A stretch of DNA of 64,000 bases from Dudresnaya verticillata (Eukaryota). Where the stretch lies: positions 868,001 through 932,000 of the forward strand of contig OZ374566.1 of the NCBI GenBank assembly GCA_977862235.1, given 5' to 3'. Shown piece after piece: positions 22,689 to 34,040 of the stretch (within the stretch, counting starts at the first letter, position 1; every line of letters begins with the position of its first letter). Made by a program: the position numbers and the translations under genes. A model generated the notes under the pieces. That model was not told where the DNA came from. It saw only the letters and a program-made list of their open reading frames with translations, and did no database searches.

Positions 22689-24180
22689 CTAGGGAAAGAT
22701 AGATACCTTCAAGATACTGTACATGCGGGTAATGTCTGCCAGACTGCCAACAACAAGAGTTCTTCTCAGATTTTGCTAGGATTTGAACCTCCCAGGAGCG
22801 ACTTTGTGTTAGAAATCAAAGCTCGACTCTTCCGTAGAATTCTGAAGAATCTCGAAGGAAACTAGTATCTATTCCTTGAACGGACGGGTTACAAACTTCA
22901 GTTGCGAAGGACAAAGAAGTGAAATTTTAAAGCAATGCCCTTGCTCATTGTTGTACGCTCAGCAGCTCTTCAGCAATGCAGATTGCACAGGGACTGCCGA
23001 GAAATTCTTAGCTGAAGTCCCACAGACGGGCCTTTGTATTAGTAAAAAGTTTCAACAACGCCCCCGGCAGATGACAACGTCGTTTGCCTGACATTGCTCT
23101 CCCCTGGCCGTTGATCTTGCTGTTGCAGTGTTGCCGCCGGTCCATTTCGGTCCTCGGAGTTGGACTGTATGGTCAATGGTATAAAGAGTACGACAACATA
23201 CTGCACTTGCTAGGAGTGGGGAGGAGTTAGCACAAAAGCCGTCAGGCTCTATGCTCTAAACGAGAAACGATGGGCTACACTGGATATGAATATATGACTC
23301 TGCACCTCCGCAAATCGTTACTGCGGAGCTCTCGTATGGGAACTGGGTCTGCAAAATGTCACACGGCGCATGTAGTAATTCACTAATAAAGAACAGAAAG
23401 CCGTTTTATTTTAGTACTATAATCATAAAAATTGGGAGGGTTGTGTTTGCAACTTATGGAAGAGCGTGGTTTCTTCCGTGATTGGTTCGATGCAGAGGTG
23501 AAATTAATCTATTATACGGTAAAGAGGGCCCTGGGCCTTGGCACCCAGGATGAGACGGATATCAATCAACTATACTCAGCCAATAAACAGTGAGTATACT
23601 CACCGATTTACCGGGCCACGGAGCTCCACGGCGGATATACTCACGCGCTGGTTGGCTGTAGGATACTGTGGTAGTTCTTTACCATCCCACCAATCGCATC
23701 ACTCTCTACTCATGGGTTCGTACTTGGCAATAGCAGATAGGGTACGGCATCATATTCAATCAACACCATACAATTAAAGAACAACATCACACCCGGTCGT
23801 CGAGTGTGGCGGGATGAGTACAGTATAAACTCGAACCGTACGAACATGCAGAGTAGGGATGACTATAAACGAGTATAAACTCGAACAGTGCGAACACGCA
23901 GCGTAACGCGTGACGAGCTGACTCGTAGTGAAGAACGGGGAACGACCGCAGCAAGCGGTGGCGCCGCGCCAAAATTTGGATCCAGGATCACATATTGATC
24001 CTTCGACGGGCAGGCACCGTCGACCATCGACGAGCTAGCTTTGTCGGCCGGCGACGGGCTTATTTGCAGTGGCTCACCCTCCGCCCACAGGTGGCTGTTC
24101 CTATTCACTCCTGGCAACGACTTGGTGGCACCTTGGCATCTTGTGGAAAGTGTTTAAGCGATAATAGAAATTTCGGGGAG

Positions 24181-24326
24181 TGTAATACCTACCTTCTGCA
24201 AACATGACTTGTGGACGCTATTGCGTACGGGCGAAAGTTTACTAAACTATTTCTTTATTGTAATACCTACCTATCTACAAATTCCATTTGTGGACAATGC
24301 TGCGTGCGGGCGGATGTTTACCAATC
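24181..24326. repeat. Degenerate tandem duplication, period 78 bp
   Basis: TGTAATACCTACCT occurs at 24181 and 24259, each followed by similar blocks (TTGTGGAC, TGCGTRCGGGCG, GTTTAC). Confidence 0.75.
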
Positions 24327-25976
24327 GAACATCACTATCCTGCCGGCGAACTGCGAGGTGAATTTCTTAACACTTGTATGTCACTTCTTGTGAATCGCAC
24401 TGCTACGCAGACGTCAACAGCAAGCGTCTGTGTCCTCTCCGAGAGAACCAATATTGAATTGAGACAGTTCCGGGCGATGGGCCACTTTCGCGTGTGACCA
24501 CGTCTGAGGCAAAATGCAATTCCGCAATATCTGACTAGGGCTTTGTCCATCATGGATGATAAGCATGATGAAACAGCAGTATCGAAAACTGGGCTTACAC
24601 GTTTTCTCGCCATATATATGGTCCACAACCAGGGTACATTCAGTATGACAAGACGCAGGATACTCCTGTTGTGGACTTTGCCCTTCAGGACGTGCCGTAC
24701 GATTAATTAATACCTCATGTCTGTGTTTTCCTCAGACTAATGTACCTCAGTACGTATTGTATTGCAGTATTGCAAGTATTGCGCGTTGTGATGTTAGTTC
24801 GTTGAAAATTGGTAGACCGGAGATGTTCACTCTGAACTCAGTGCCGTGGGCAATAAAGGTTAAGCCAGACTACCGAAAGCAGTCGCGTTGCAAGCTGTTG
24901 GCTTGCGGGCCCTTATCTCAACGAGTTCTGTATGTTACTGGAAATGCATATGCGGCGTATTGAATTATCGTCATGGTGGCTAGGAAACCTCGTTTGCTTT
25001 CAGCAGAGAGCCCATATTCTCATCGCAGGCTTTAACAATCGAGTGGTACGGTACGGTACTGTACGTGAACGGTACCTGTGGAATCCTCGTGATGATCATA
25101 CAGTGACTTCCCCGATAGCCGATATGCAGGGCCTTTCGGTCCACATACAAATAAAATATAAAGACTTCGAACTCCAGATACCATAAGGTATCATAAAGGT
25201 GGACCGCACGTACGCAGGAATGGCATCCAGAAGCAAAACTCAGCACAAATATACCGCCAGAACAACAGGATTTTGCGAGAACAGATGCAACCGCCATCAT
25301 TGAATAGAACCCCTGTTGCCTCACACTTCGGTTTAGGTTGTACTATATACCATGTGGTGGGGAATTCATTCATCGGGGCGCAAGCTTTTGGAAGTCGAGA
25401 ATGCCAGGAGGTACTGCTCGGCAACTAGCTTGAGGTTCGTCACCTAATACAATTATATTTGTAAGTACAATCATAACTTTTGACACATCACACGTGAATC
25501 GTACACTTTTATGCGGCACGCGCAAGTGCCCCCTGGGAACAATTTCTAGGATCGCTGCTACACATCTATGACGCATCTTCCTTCTACTGTTCTGTGTTCT
25601 GTTCCCATACGCTGCGCTCTTGTGAGCAATTCATAGATACACTACAAGCCACGATTGCAGGTTTCGAGCTTTTATCTTGTATATCACACTGTATTCCCAT
25701 GTTCCTGCAGTTCAAAGCCTAAATTGGGCGAAGAGGTAGGATTTTTCCTTAGAGATGGACCGTTGTTGAGGTGATGTCGCAGTTGATGGGCCAAGGTATA
25801 GCATAATTCCCGACAGTCTGAGAATCTGCATACCCTGCCCATGTTTGCCTTTATTCAACGTAGTTTGAATATTTCTCAGGAGCCCTCCGATAGCGATACT
25901 TCTCGTACTTGAGCAAATCCACAACTTCCTTGCACTGACTTTCAACCGCAGGGCCTGAGCTCAGCCGTCTTCAAAA

Positions 25977-27116
25977 ATGGCTATTAAGGTTAGGGTCCTG
26001 GTTTGCTCTATCTTTCTGTTCTCTGCAATTGAAACAGAGCTGACGGTCGCGCAGCCCCGGACATGTTTTCAACTCAAGCACTCCTGTTTGGACGCCCTTG
26101 ACCGTGGTGAGAGATGTGATACCCTCCCTGTACCACCAGCCTCATTAATCCCACCGGTTCCGTTCGGTGAATTCCGACTCACAGAACTCCGAAGTGGAGT
26201 GTGGGTTTACGACGATGGAGCCTATCTTACACTCATATTGAACAGAGGCAGGCATCTTGTCATGGTTGATTTTCCTGATTCCGAAAACACTTTCAAGCCG
26301 GATGGAAGCAGGACTAGACTCACTGATGCCGCTGAGCAAATTCTGGATGGAAAAATTCCCGCAAGGATCGACCTTGTATACTCACACGAACACTTTGACC
26401 ACATTTCCTCTGTTGGCCTTGTGCAGAAGTACTTTCAGCGCACATACCCTACTGCGAGCTTGAAAATCTGGGGTACTGAACAGACAAGAAAGTTGATCGT
26501 ACAATCAGTATCGAAACGTGCGCTTGTGCCTGATAAGATCGTAAGAAAGTCCGAAAGGAGAATAGTACTAGGACGAGGGCTGGAGCTTCGGATGAAAATA
26601 ATAGGGGGTCACGCACAAGAGGATTTGCTTCTGTATGTTCCCAAGTTTCGAAAAGAAGAAGCAGTCGCGATGTACGTGGACACAATATTTCCAGGCTGGA
26701 CACCACCATTTGACCTCGGCCTTTCAGAGGACATCGGAAAGTATATTGCTGCACACCAAATGCTAATAAGGCTGAGAATAAATGTCCTCGTTCCAGGGCA
26801 TCTGAAGGTGGCGAACAAGGCGGATGTTATAACAAGCTTGGATTTCGTGAATGACCTGGTGGATGCTGCAAAGGAAGCACTGATGCAGATTCCAAGTAGG
26901 CCAATCTCGCTGCAGGGTATCCAGGCCGTGTCGAATCCTGCTGTACCCGAGTTTGGAAACATATGGTATGCTTTCATTTCTCAAACTAGAGAGCTGCAGA
27001 TAGACATCTGTGAGAAGATCATGGTGAGAAAGTGGGCGTGCCGGCTGGCGGCTGTTGACATCACTACAAGGAACAATTGTTTTGCTGCTTTAACTTACCT
27101 TATTGAAGAATACTAG
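25977..27116 (+). CDS. Secreted metallo-beta-lactamase-fold hydrolase, paralogue 1
   Basis: Hydrophobic N-terminal signal. VYSHEHFDHI (HxHxDH), GGHA, YVDTIFPGW, VPGH. Intronless and colinear with 30508-31698. Confidence 0.9.
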   Translation: MAIKVRVLVCSIFLFSAIETELTVAQPRTCFQLKHSCLDALDRGERCDTLPVPPASLIPPVPFGEFRLTELRSGVWVYDDGAYLTLILNRGRHLVMVDFPDSENTFKPDGSRTRLTDAAEQILDGKIPARIDLVYSHEHFDHISSVGLVQKYFQRTYPTASLKIWGTEQTRKLIVQSVSKRALVPDKIVRKSERRIVLGRGLELRMKIIGGHAQEDLLLYVPKFRKEEAVAMYVDTIFPGWTPPFDLGLSEDIGKYIAAHQMLIRLRINVLVPGHLKVANKADVITSLDFVNDLVDAAKEALMQIPSRPISLQGIQAVSNPAVPEFGNIWYAFISQTRELQIDICEKIMVRKWACRLAAVDITTRNNCFAALTYLIEEY

Positions 27117-30100
27117 CGAAAATCCATGTATAAAGCCTGTCCAACAAAGCCTGAAGTTCACATTGTCGAATTTGGCGTAGATGCGGCCACTGATCCTTCG
27201 ATTCTGACGTGAATTATGCCGCATTCTAAAATGGGACAGATAATGCTCTGCAAAGCTCTCTATATCCTCCCTCTGCGAACAGTATCGCTTGTCGAGAATA
27301 AACAATGGCCTTTTCTGAACGCAAATTCTCGAATAATCGTTTTCTTTGATAGAATGGATGACGGTCCATATTGCAGCGCATAGCGCATGCGGACCAGGCC
27401 TGATGCGGACGAGGTTGAGGTAGTGGAGATACACAACGAGGAGCACTGCACGTTCCCTCTTGTCTCTCGAGGTCGTGAGGTGGGAAATGAATGCAATACT
27501 GTAGCACACGCAAGACTCTCAAGAGTATACACGAAACCGAAACAGACCCTCCCTGATACCTTGAGATGGGACATGACGCACCTTCGGGATCTCAAGGAAG
27601 GTCCACAATAGCGTCAGGTCCATTAAAAATGGACCGATTGGGATGCGTCTCTCACGGGGCGCGGCGCCGTGCGTCAGAACAGCTGTGGTCGTGTGGGACA
27701 CGGAATCAAAATAAACCAAATTGCGCTTCACGGTGCTTCTGAGATGGCCCGCACTGACTTCCGCCACCCCGAAACGCACTGTATGGCGCACGCCTCTGTT
27801 GACCTCCACCGCGGATGCTGACCTGCACACTCGCGTCGAGATTATGCTCTGGTTTATGGCCTATTTGGCGGCAGTGCTATTGTTCATCGAAAACATTTTG
27901 TTTCACTATGTCGTCATCCAAGGGCAAGAAATGACTGTTTATGCTCGAGCCGGCCTTCTCGCCAACACGGTCTGATTGCGGTTGTCCCCTGATGCGATAG
28001 TTGCGAAATAGAGATGTGCACTCAACTCCAGCTCTGGTGCTTGCTTCTAGTTGATGCTGGCAGATGCTCTACTTTTCCTATGTACTTGAATACAGGTTCC
28101 ATGCCCTCGCTTGTCGATACCGGACATAAACAGACAGATGCCAATGGCATTGATTCAGATTCAAATCTGTTTCAGACCTTGCTACAACGTCTCTAACTTT
28201 AGAAAAGCTCAAGAACTGAGTAGAAGCCATTCCTAACTTTGAATCCTGTTTCTACATTTCTTGACACGCGCTTCCTCAGGGTGGGGTATCTGTCGTCAAG
28301 ATTTTCAATTGTGAGAATTGTGTTTCGTGTTGAGGCACAGTGGTTAGGAACTATTGTCATGGGCAAAATGAAATCAAAGTTGAAAACATAGTGACAAGCA
28401 AGATGATTGCATGAGAGTCCTCAACAACGTACTCGGCTTTGGTCAGGCTTTTCCTGTTTCCGTGTACGGCGTAGCTGTGCCAGGAAATCTGGTGCCGATG
28501 TTCTGCGACAAATATAAAATGTCCCCTACTGGGACCGAATCATTTTTGCCGAACACCCGGTGTGGTTCAAGCTCCCTGCCAAGCCTCGGCATCTGCGTAT
28601 TTCGAAGGCTTTCCGAGCAGTGTGGTACACCAGTGATACATCATCACTTGGGAGTAGATTTGAGGCCCTTACCCACTGAATCAGGTGACCAGGGGGCATC
28701 GGATGCTAAGACAATATTTGTGTGCCGGTGTGCCAGTGCTTTGCCCTTGTCGTAAGTTTTCGTTTTAAGGGGCTGGCGCTCAAGCTGCTGAACGAAGAAG
28801 TACTGATTTAGAATATACTCTGTCCTCAGAAAATCTACGTCTATTTCTAATACTATTTCTAAAAGCACCAAAAGTCATAGCTTGCAGTTAGTTCCTTAGA
28901 TTGTTCTCTCAGGATTTCAGTTTGTACGGAAGCTCTCATGAGGTGATGGGGTAGATTCGCCCCAATATCCGCACCTTCTTGTTTCTCAATATTGGCACAC
29001 TTGTCCACATGCAATGAGAAATCCCCTTGAAGGGCTACTCGCAATCTCTATCTCCAGCGAGCCAGTTTGATGCTTTATAAAAAATATCCTTCTTAACATC
29101 ATTAGGAAGACTACTGATGCTTATTCCTTGCACAATTTTTAGTGCGGTAGCAATACTCGCCTGCTTCCAGAAACCGACTCAACTCTATACATCGCTTCGT
29201 TTAAACGAGGCATAGTAACTTCTAGTGTTGATGCTAAAGTTGTGAACAAGAAATTTCTAACCTCTATTTCACGACATGCCCTCAACAGCTCTCTTTGCCG
29301 TATAAGCTGTAAAAACATAGTATTATCTCAGAATTGTAGTATATGAAAAGTGAAGTAGATGCCCTTTCTGTGCCGAACATCATAGGAACTCTCGTTCTAC
29401 ACAGAACCCGCATTTTTTGCTTTACAGAGCATTCAAAGTCGTATAGAGAAATCGCATTTGATGCCCGCATGTTACCAATTTGCGAGTTCTGGCTAACGAA
29501 AGGGACATGCGGGGTCTCTAGACAATAAATTGCGGCTCCCGATTAGTGCTTGTGAGCTTTGAAACAGGCATTCATCGTGGAACTACTAAGGCTCGATCGC
29601 AGCTTTCTAGGCAACAGTGCGACATTTACGAGAAAAAGAAACAGCAAACACACATTTGCTATTCTTATTGGCTAAACGGCCCCAAGACTAGAGGACTTGG
29701 CGATGCATTCATCTACCGTACGAGGGCTACAAATCCACTCTTGTGGCTGGGTACACTTGGTGGCACCACCCGGTGGGATCAGCAGTAGCACCCACTTGTT
29801 TTTGGTTTTTCCCCTTTGTGTTGTGCGGTGTGAAGTACTGTTATTACACTCGGTTCGGAGTGATTTTGATTAAGATATCGACCGATGCCGGCGACTTGCG
29901 CTTTCAGCACATCAAAAATGTGGTACGCTAACCCGCACCTGCAGACGTACCGAATTGGTACTACCGATGCCAGATGTCTCAGGAAAAACGGATAAACATT
30001 CTCGACCTTCTTATTGGTCCCAGAAAGGTTTCTACGTGCAAAAAGACCAGATCATACGGATTGCGAAGTTGCAGGAGAAACGATCTCGACCGACCCTGCT

Positions 30101-30507
30101 CGGAGTTAAGCCTTGCTTGTGGATGAACGGTTGACCGAAGGAAACAGTAGTCACCGACCGCATTACCTTACGAAACTTTAAAACTCTCGCTGAAATAGTC
30201 AGTATCGCCTCGTATAGGTGACACGCTGTCTCAAGCTCTGCAGGGGCACTTTTCCGGACATATCGTAGCCCTTCTGGAATCTGCGCATTTGAGATGACAG
30301 ATGCCGACCGATAGTTTAACGCAATATTGCTTGGGTTTCTGTACACGCTAACTTAGAGACGTGCTTGACGGTGGTAGTTCTTAAGCGAAGGAGAGTGCAG
30401 GTCTCTATTATTGAAGGGGTCCGTACGATCGCCAGCTGCACTTTGGAACACAGAACCGAGAGGGTTTACGCGTCGCTTTACTGCACCCAAAAGGAGAAGC
30501 GTGCAGG

Positions 30508-31698
30508 ATGAACTCTCTTCTACTCTCCGTTACCGTTTGCTTCTTCCTCACGGTGTTGGTTCTCAGCTCAGCAACAGACCTTGTGGTTCCTTATCTCGAG
30601 TTGAATGGTATATCTTTCAACACATCCACTCGCCAATCTGCCAGCATATGCAAGCCTGTCGCCAGGTGTCTCAAGAGGCTTGACAAGGGGAAAGAATGTG
30701 CACTGCTTCCAGTTCCGAAACGCTCTGTACTTCCTGCTGTGCCGACAGGAACATATTTGCTCACGTCATTGAGGAAGGGAGTATGGGTATACAATGACGG
30801 TGCCTACCTTACGCTCATTTTGAGGAAGGGAAAACACCTAGCTATGGTGGACTTTCCGGACTCTGGTGGTTCGAACAAGCCAGATGGAAGCATGACGAGG
30901 CTTACTGATGCTGCTGATGATATTCTCAATGGTACGGTCCCGACTAGGATTGACATGGTTTATAGCCACGGTCACTATGACCACATTGGTGGTGCCACTC
31001 GGTTCTTTAATTATGTGTCTGATAAGTACTCTTCCGCAGACATACTTATTTGGGGCACAACTGAGACAAGAAAGGTGATTAACTTGTCTACTTCTAAGAG
31101 GGCTATCATCCCTACCGAAATCGTTAGGAGAGAAGGGGCTACCATTGAACTTGGCAAGGGGTTGAAAATCAGATTGCAGATCTTTGGGGGCCACATGGCC
31201 AAGGACCTGCTTGTAGAGATCCCTCGGAACAAGAAAGAAGGTGGGGTGGTAATGTTTGTTGACGTAGTGTTTCCTCGCTGGGCACCATTTTTCAATCTAG
31301 CAATCACGGAGGACTTGACCAGATATGTGAGTGCACAGGAAGATATTTTGAAGATGGAATTTAAACATTTCATTGCAGGGCATCTGTTGATCGCAACGAA
31401 GGACGAAGTTGCGGAGAGCTTGAAGTACACTCAAGACCTACTCAAAGCCGGTGCTGACGGCGTTGCAAGTGTTACGAACGAAGATATTGGGGCTGGGGGG
31501 ATTGGGGCTGTGTCAGATCCCAACAACGTGGCTTTTGGAAATGTCTGGTTTGCTTTCATTGGTGTAGTGAGGAAGTTGCAGATTGACAGATGTTACAGAA
31601 CTGTCCTTGAGAAATGGGGCTGTCGGATTGGTGGGCTGGATTTGGTGTTGCGTAGTCACTGCTTCCTTGCGGTTACATTTTCAATAGTGGAGGCATAG
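30508..31698 (+). CDS. Secreted metallo-beta-lactamase-fold hydrolase, paralogue 2
   Basis: Signal peptide MNSLLLSVTVCFFLTVLVLSSA. VYSHGHYDHIGG, GGHM, FVDVVFPRW, IAGH. Shares GVWVYxDGAYLTLIL, MVDFPDS, KPDGSxTRLTDAA and FGNxWxAFI with paralogue 1. Confidence 0.92.
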   Translation: MNSLLLSVTVCFFLTVLVLSSATDLVVPYLELNGISFNTSTRQSASICKPVARCLKRLDKGKECALLPVPKRSVLPAVPTGTYLLTSLRKGVWVYNDGAYLTLILRKGKHLAMVDFPDSGGSNKPDGSMTRLTDAADDILNGTVPTRIDMVYSHGHYDHIGGATRFFNYVSDKYSSADILIWGTTETRKVINLSTSKRAIIPTEIVRREGATIELGKGLKIRLQIFGGHMAKDLLVEIPRNKKEGGVVMFVDVVFPRWAPFFNLAITEDLTRYVSAQEDILKMEFKHFIAGHLLIATKDEVAESLKYTQDLLKAGADGVASVTNEDIGAGGIGAVSDPNNVAFGNVWFAFIGVVRKLQIDRCYRTVLEKWGCRIGGLDLVLRSHCFLAVTFSIVEA

Positions 31699-32658
31699 GA
31701 TACGGGATTGAGAGAGAACAGGACCGATGCTATCAAGCTGCACTAATTTGTTCCCCTTTTGTTGGCCTTTTGTTGGCCTTTTGTTCGAGCGCAAGCTCTA
31801 TGTGGAAAACTGCAAAATTGCCATGAGGTTGCCTCTAGCTAATAAGTAAAGCTAACCGATGTCATCTGCAGCGGGAGAAGGACAATCCTGAGCAAAACCT
31901 TGTTTTCGTGTCGGGGTATGGCACAATAGGGCTTCTCTGAAACTACTAGAAGGAACCTTCAAAGACGGGAATGCGGGCCCTGTGCAGCTCGGTCTCGTGG
32001 GGGCACATGTGCTGGGAGGGACGGTGCGCCGTGGGCTCGTGCTCCACTCGTGGCACAGTATTGAATCTTCACAATGTATCTGTAATGACGAGGACGAATT
32101 ACAATGACTGTAATTACAATCGGGGCCCATTGAGTTTTCGTTTCGCACCCTACAGTACAGTATAGGCCGGGGTTTGCTGCTATAGCATCAGGTTAAAAGC
32201 CGGAGCGACATCTGCCTCGGTCCCATCCCTGGGCCGCTTCTGTCGCCTCAACGTTGATAGACATCCGCATCATGGAGCCGCTGCTTTCCGGCGAGCACCG
32301 GTGAGCAGCCCGGCCGCTCGCCTACTTGTTCTGACGTCGCTGATTACCGTCTCCTCCGTACCTGCTTTCCTTTAGTTCTGCTGCCTTGTCGCGCAGAACC
32401 GCTCAACACCCTGCCGCTTGAGCTCATAACCGCCGTTCCGTCCTACCTCGATTGCCTTTCCAGCGCCATCTCCACTGCATTCACGGCGTTGTGGACGTTG
32501 TTAATGATTGCCTGCGCATCACCCAAGCCCGGCTGTACCAACACCGCGCCGCCAAGTTCACAATTCCACGCTTGTCACCTCAGCCATCTGTCAGCCCGAC
32601 ACTGCGTGCAGTGCGGGTCCGCCCTGGAAAGATAGCGGAGTTACTCCGTCGAGTCTTG

Positions 32659-33873
32659 ATGCGCTCTTGGTATCTCTCCCGCCTCGCTCTGGAGAGACGC
32701 TTCGAGCCGCATGCAGACCTGCAGTGGGGTGTGCACGACCGCCGTCCGTCCCTCATGATGTTCTACGCCCGCATCATGTCGGGCTGCGTCGCCTTCTGCG
32801 CCTTTGTATTCACCCTATCGGCTCTCGCCGTCCACCGTGCCAGTCCAGAGGACTTCGCCCCACTAATTGGCAACCATACTGCTTCGCCCGCCGTCTCGCA
32901 AAACCTTCACTACAGGTATCAGAACAGTCGCGATATTTCCTCCGCCCCTGTTGCGCTCAACGGCACGCGTGTCATGGCTACGGATGGCACTGAGATGGTC
33001 TTTCAAAGACCACTGGGGAAATTGCTGGGTACCGTCCTCATGCTACATGGCTGCTCTCACTATGCAGGTGACTTCTTCCCGCGCAATGGGCTTTGCCAAG
33101 AATGCTTGGGTTTGCCAGAAGAGTTGAAAATGACCAGAACTGCTCTAGAGCGCGGCTACAGCGTTATTGCTCTTTCGTCCACGAACAGAAGGTCTAAATG
33201 CTGGCAGACTCATCCAATGGCGGCTGAAGGAGCAGACTACGACCGAGTCACCACCGCTCTGATAGAAGCGAAAACACGGAATGCATACTCTCCTGAGTTT
33301 CCTTTATTTGCTGTTGGTATCTCATCTGGAGGAACTTTTGCATCGTCTTTGCCTCTTCGTTTCAAGGTTGCAGGCGTATACTCGATTGTGTCTACCGCAG
33401 TTTGCATGTTGTGGAAATCTGACAAAAAGCCTGCATCCTCTCTCCCAGCACATGTCTTTACCCATATGGGTGATCGAGACAAGAGAGTGGCTGAAAGGGT
33501 ACACAAAGCCATGCAAAAGCTTGGAGGCTTGGGAACCCAATCTATCGAATTCAACATATCTCCCAAGCCCGTGACGGAGCACTTCCTGGCAGATGCGATG
33601 CCAAGATGGGGCCCCAATCTCACTAAGCGAGTAATAGTCTCTTTGCAGAGAGGCGGCTATCTCGATAGCGACTTTTACTTGCTCTCTAACCCAAGGGCTT
33701 CCTTCTGGCGGACCTCTGTTCAACATTTGCAAGATGAATTGGAAGATAGTCTCATTGCAGACGAGTCTCCGCTTTCAGAGCTGCTGAACATTGCATGGGC
33801 GGGACACGAGATCACAGCGGAATACTTCCCTAACGCGTTAGACTTTCTGGAGGAGAAGAGTCGTGGAAGATAG
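32659..33873 (+). CDS. Alpha/beta-hydrolase-fold protein with N-terminal membrane anchor, substrate unknown
   Basis: First ATG at 32659; start uncertain. TM segment CVAFCAFVFTLSALAV, LMLHGCSH, nucleophile elbow GISSGG, candidate acid in HMGDRD, catalytic His in AWAGHEIT. Confidence 0.8.
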   Translation: MRSWYLSRLALERRFEPHADLQWGVHDRRPSLMMFYARIMSGCVAFCAFVFTLSALAVHRASPEDFAPLIGNHTASPAVSQNLHYRYQNSRDISSAPVALNGTRVMATDGTEMVFQRPLGKLLGTVLMLHGCSHYAGDFFPRNGLCQECLGLPEELKMTRTALERGYSVIALSSTNRRSKCWQTHPMAAEGADYDRVTTALIEAKTRNAYSPEFPLFAVGISSGGTFASSLPLRFKVAGVYSIVSTAVCMLWKSDKKPASSLPAHVFTHMGDRDKRVAERVHKAMQKLGGLGTQSIEFNISPKPVTEHFLADAMPRWGPNLTKRVIVSLQRGGYLDSDFYLLSNPRASFWRTSVQHLQDELEDSLIADESPLSELLNIAWAGHEITAEYFPNALDFLEEKSRGR

Positions 33874-34040
33874 CACTGCAACGTGTGCCGTCGTTTAGAT
33901 CGCGTTTCACGTGCAGCATGCACATACTGAGGTTGATGAAGGAGCCTATGAATTAGTTCTGACATCGAAGTTAGTTATCAGCACATGCGTTTCCGATGCA
34001 TTGATGGAGACAGAAAAGGAGTTCTATGTCCATAGAGCAG

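Noticed and set aside
22770..22835. B-box-like GGTTCAAATCC next to a hairpin on the minus strand (tRNA/SINE-like)
   Set aside because: I could not build an acceptor stem, D-arm or proper 5-bp T-stem. tRNAscan-SE would be decisive.
23800..24330. CRISPR-like reading of the short direct repeats
   Set aside because: Only two copies of each repeat, no series of unique spacers, no cas genes, and a eukaryotic context.
27117..30507. Possible third MBL pseudogene or transposon between the paralogues; small inverted repeats near 27560-27600 and 27617-27635
   Set aside because: I saw no MBL, RT, integrase or transposase motifs in the frames examined. Inverted repeats of 8-9 bp are within chance expectation.
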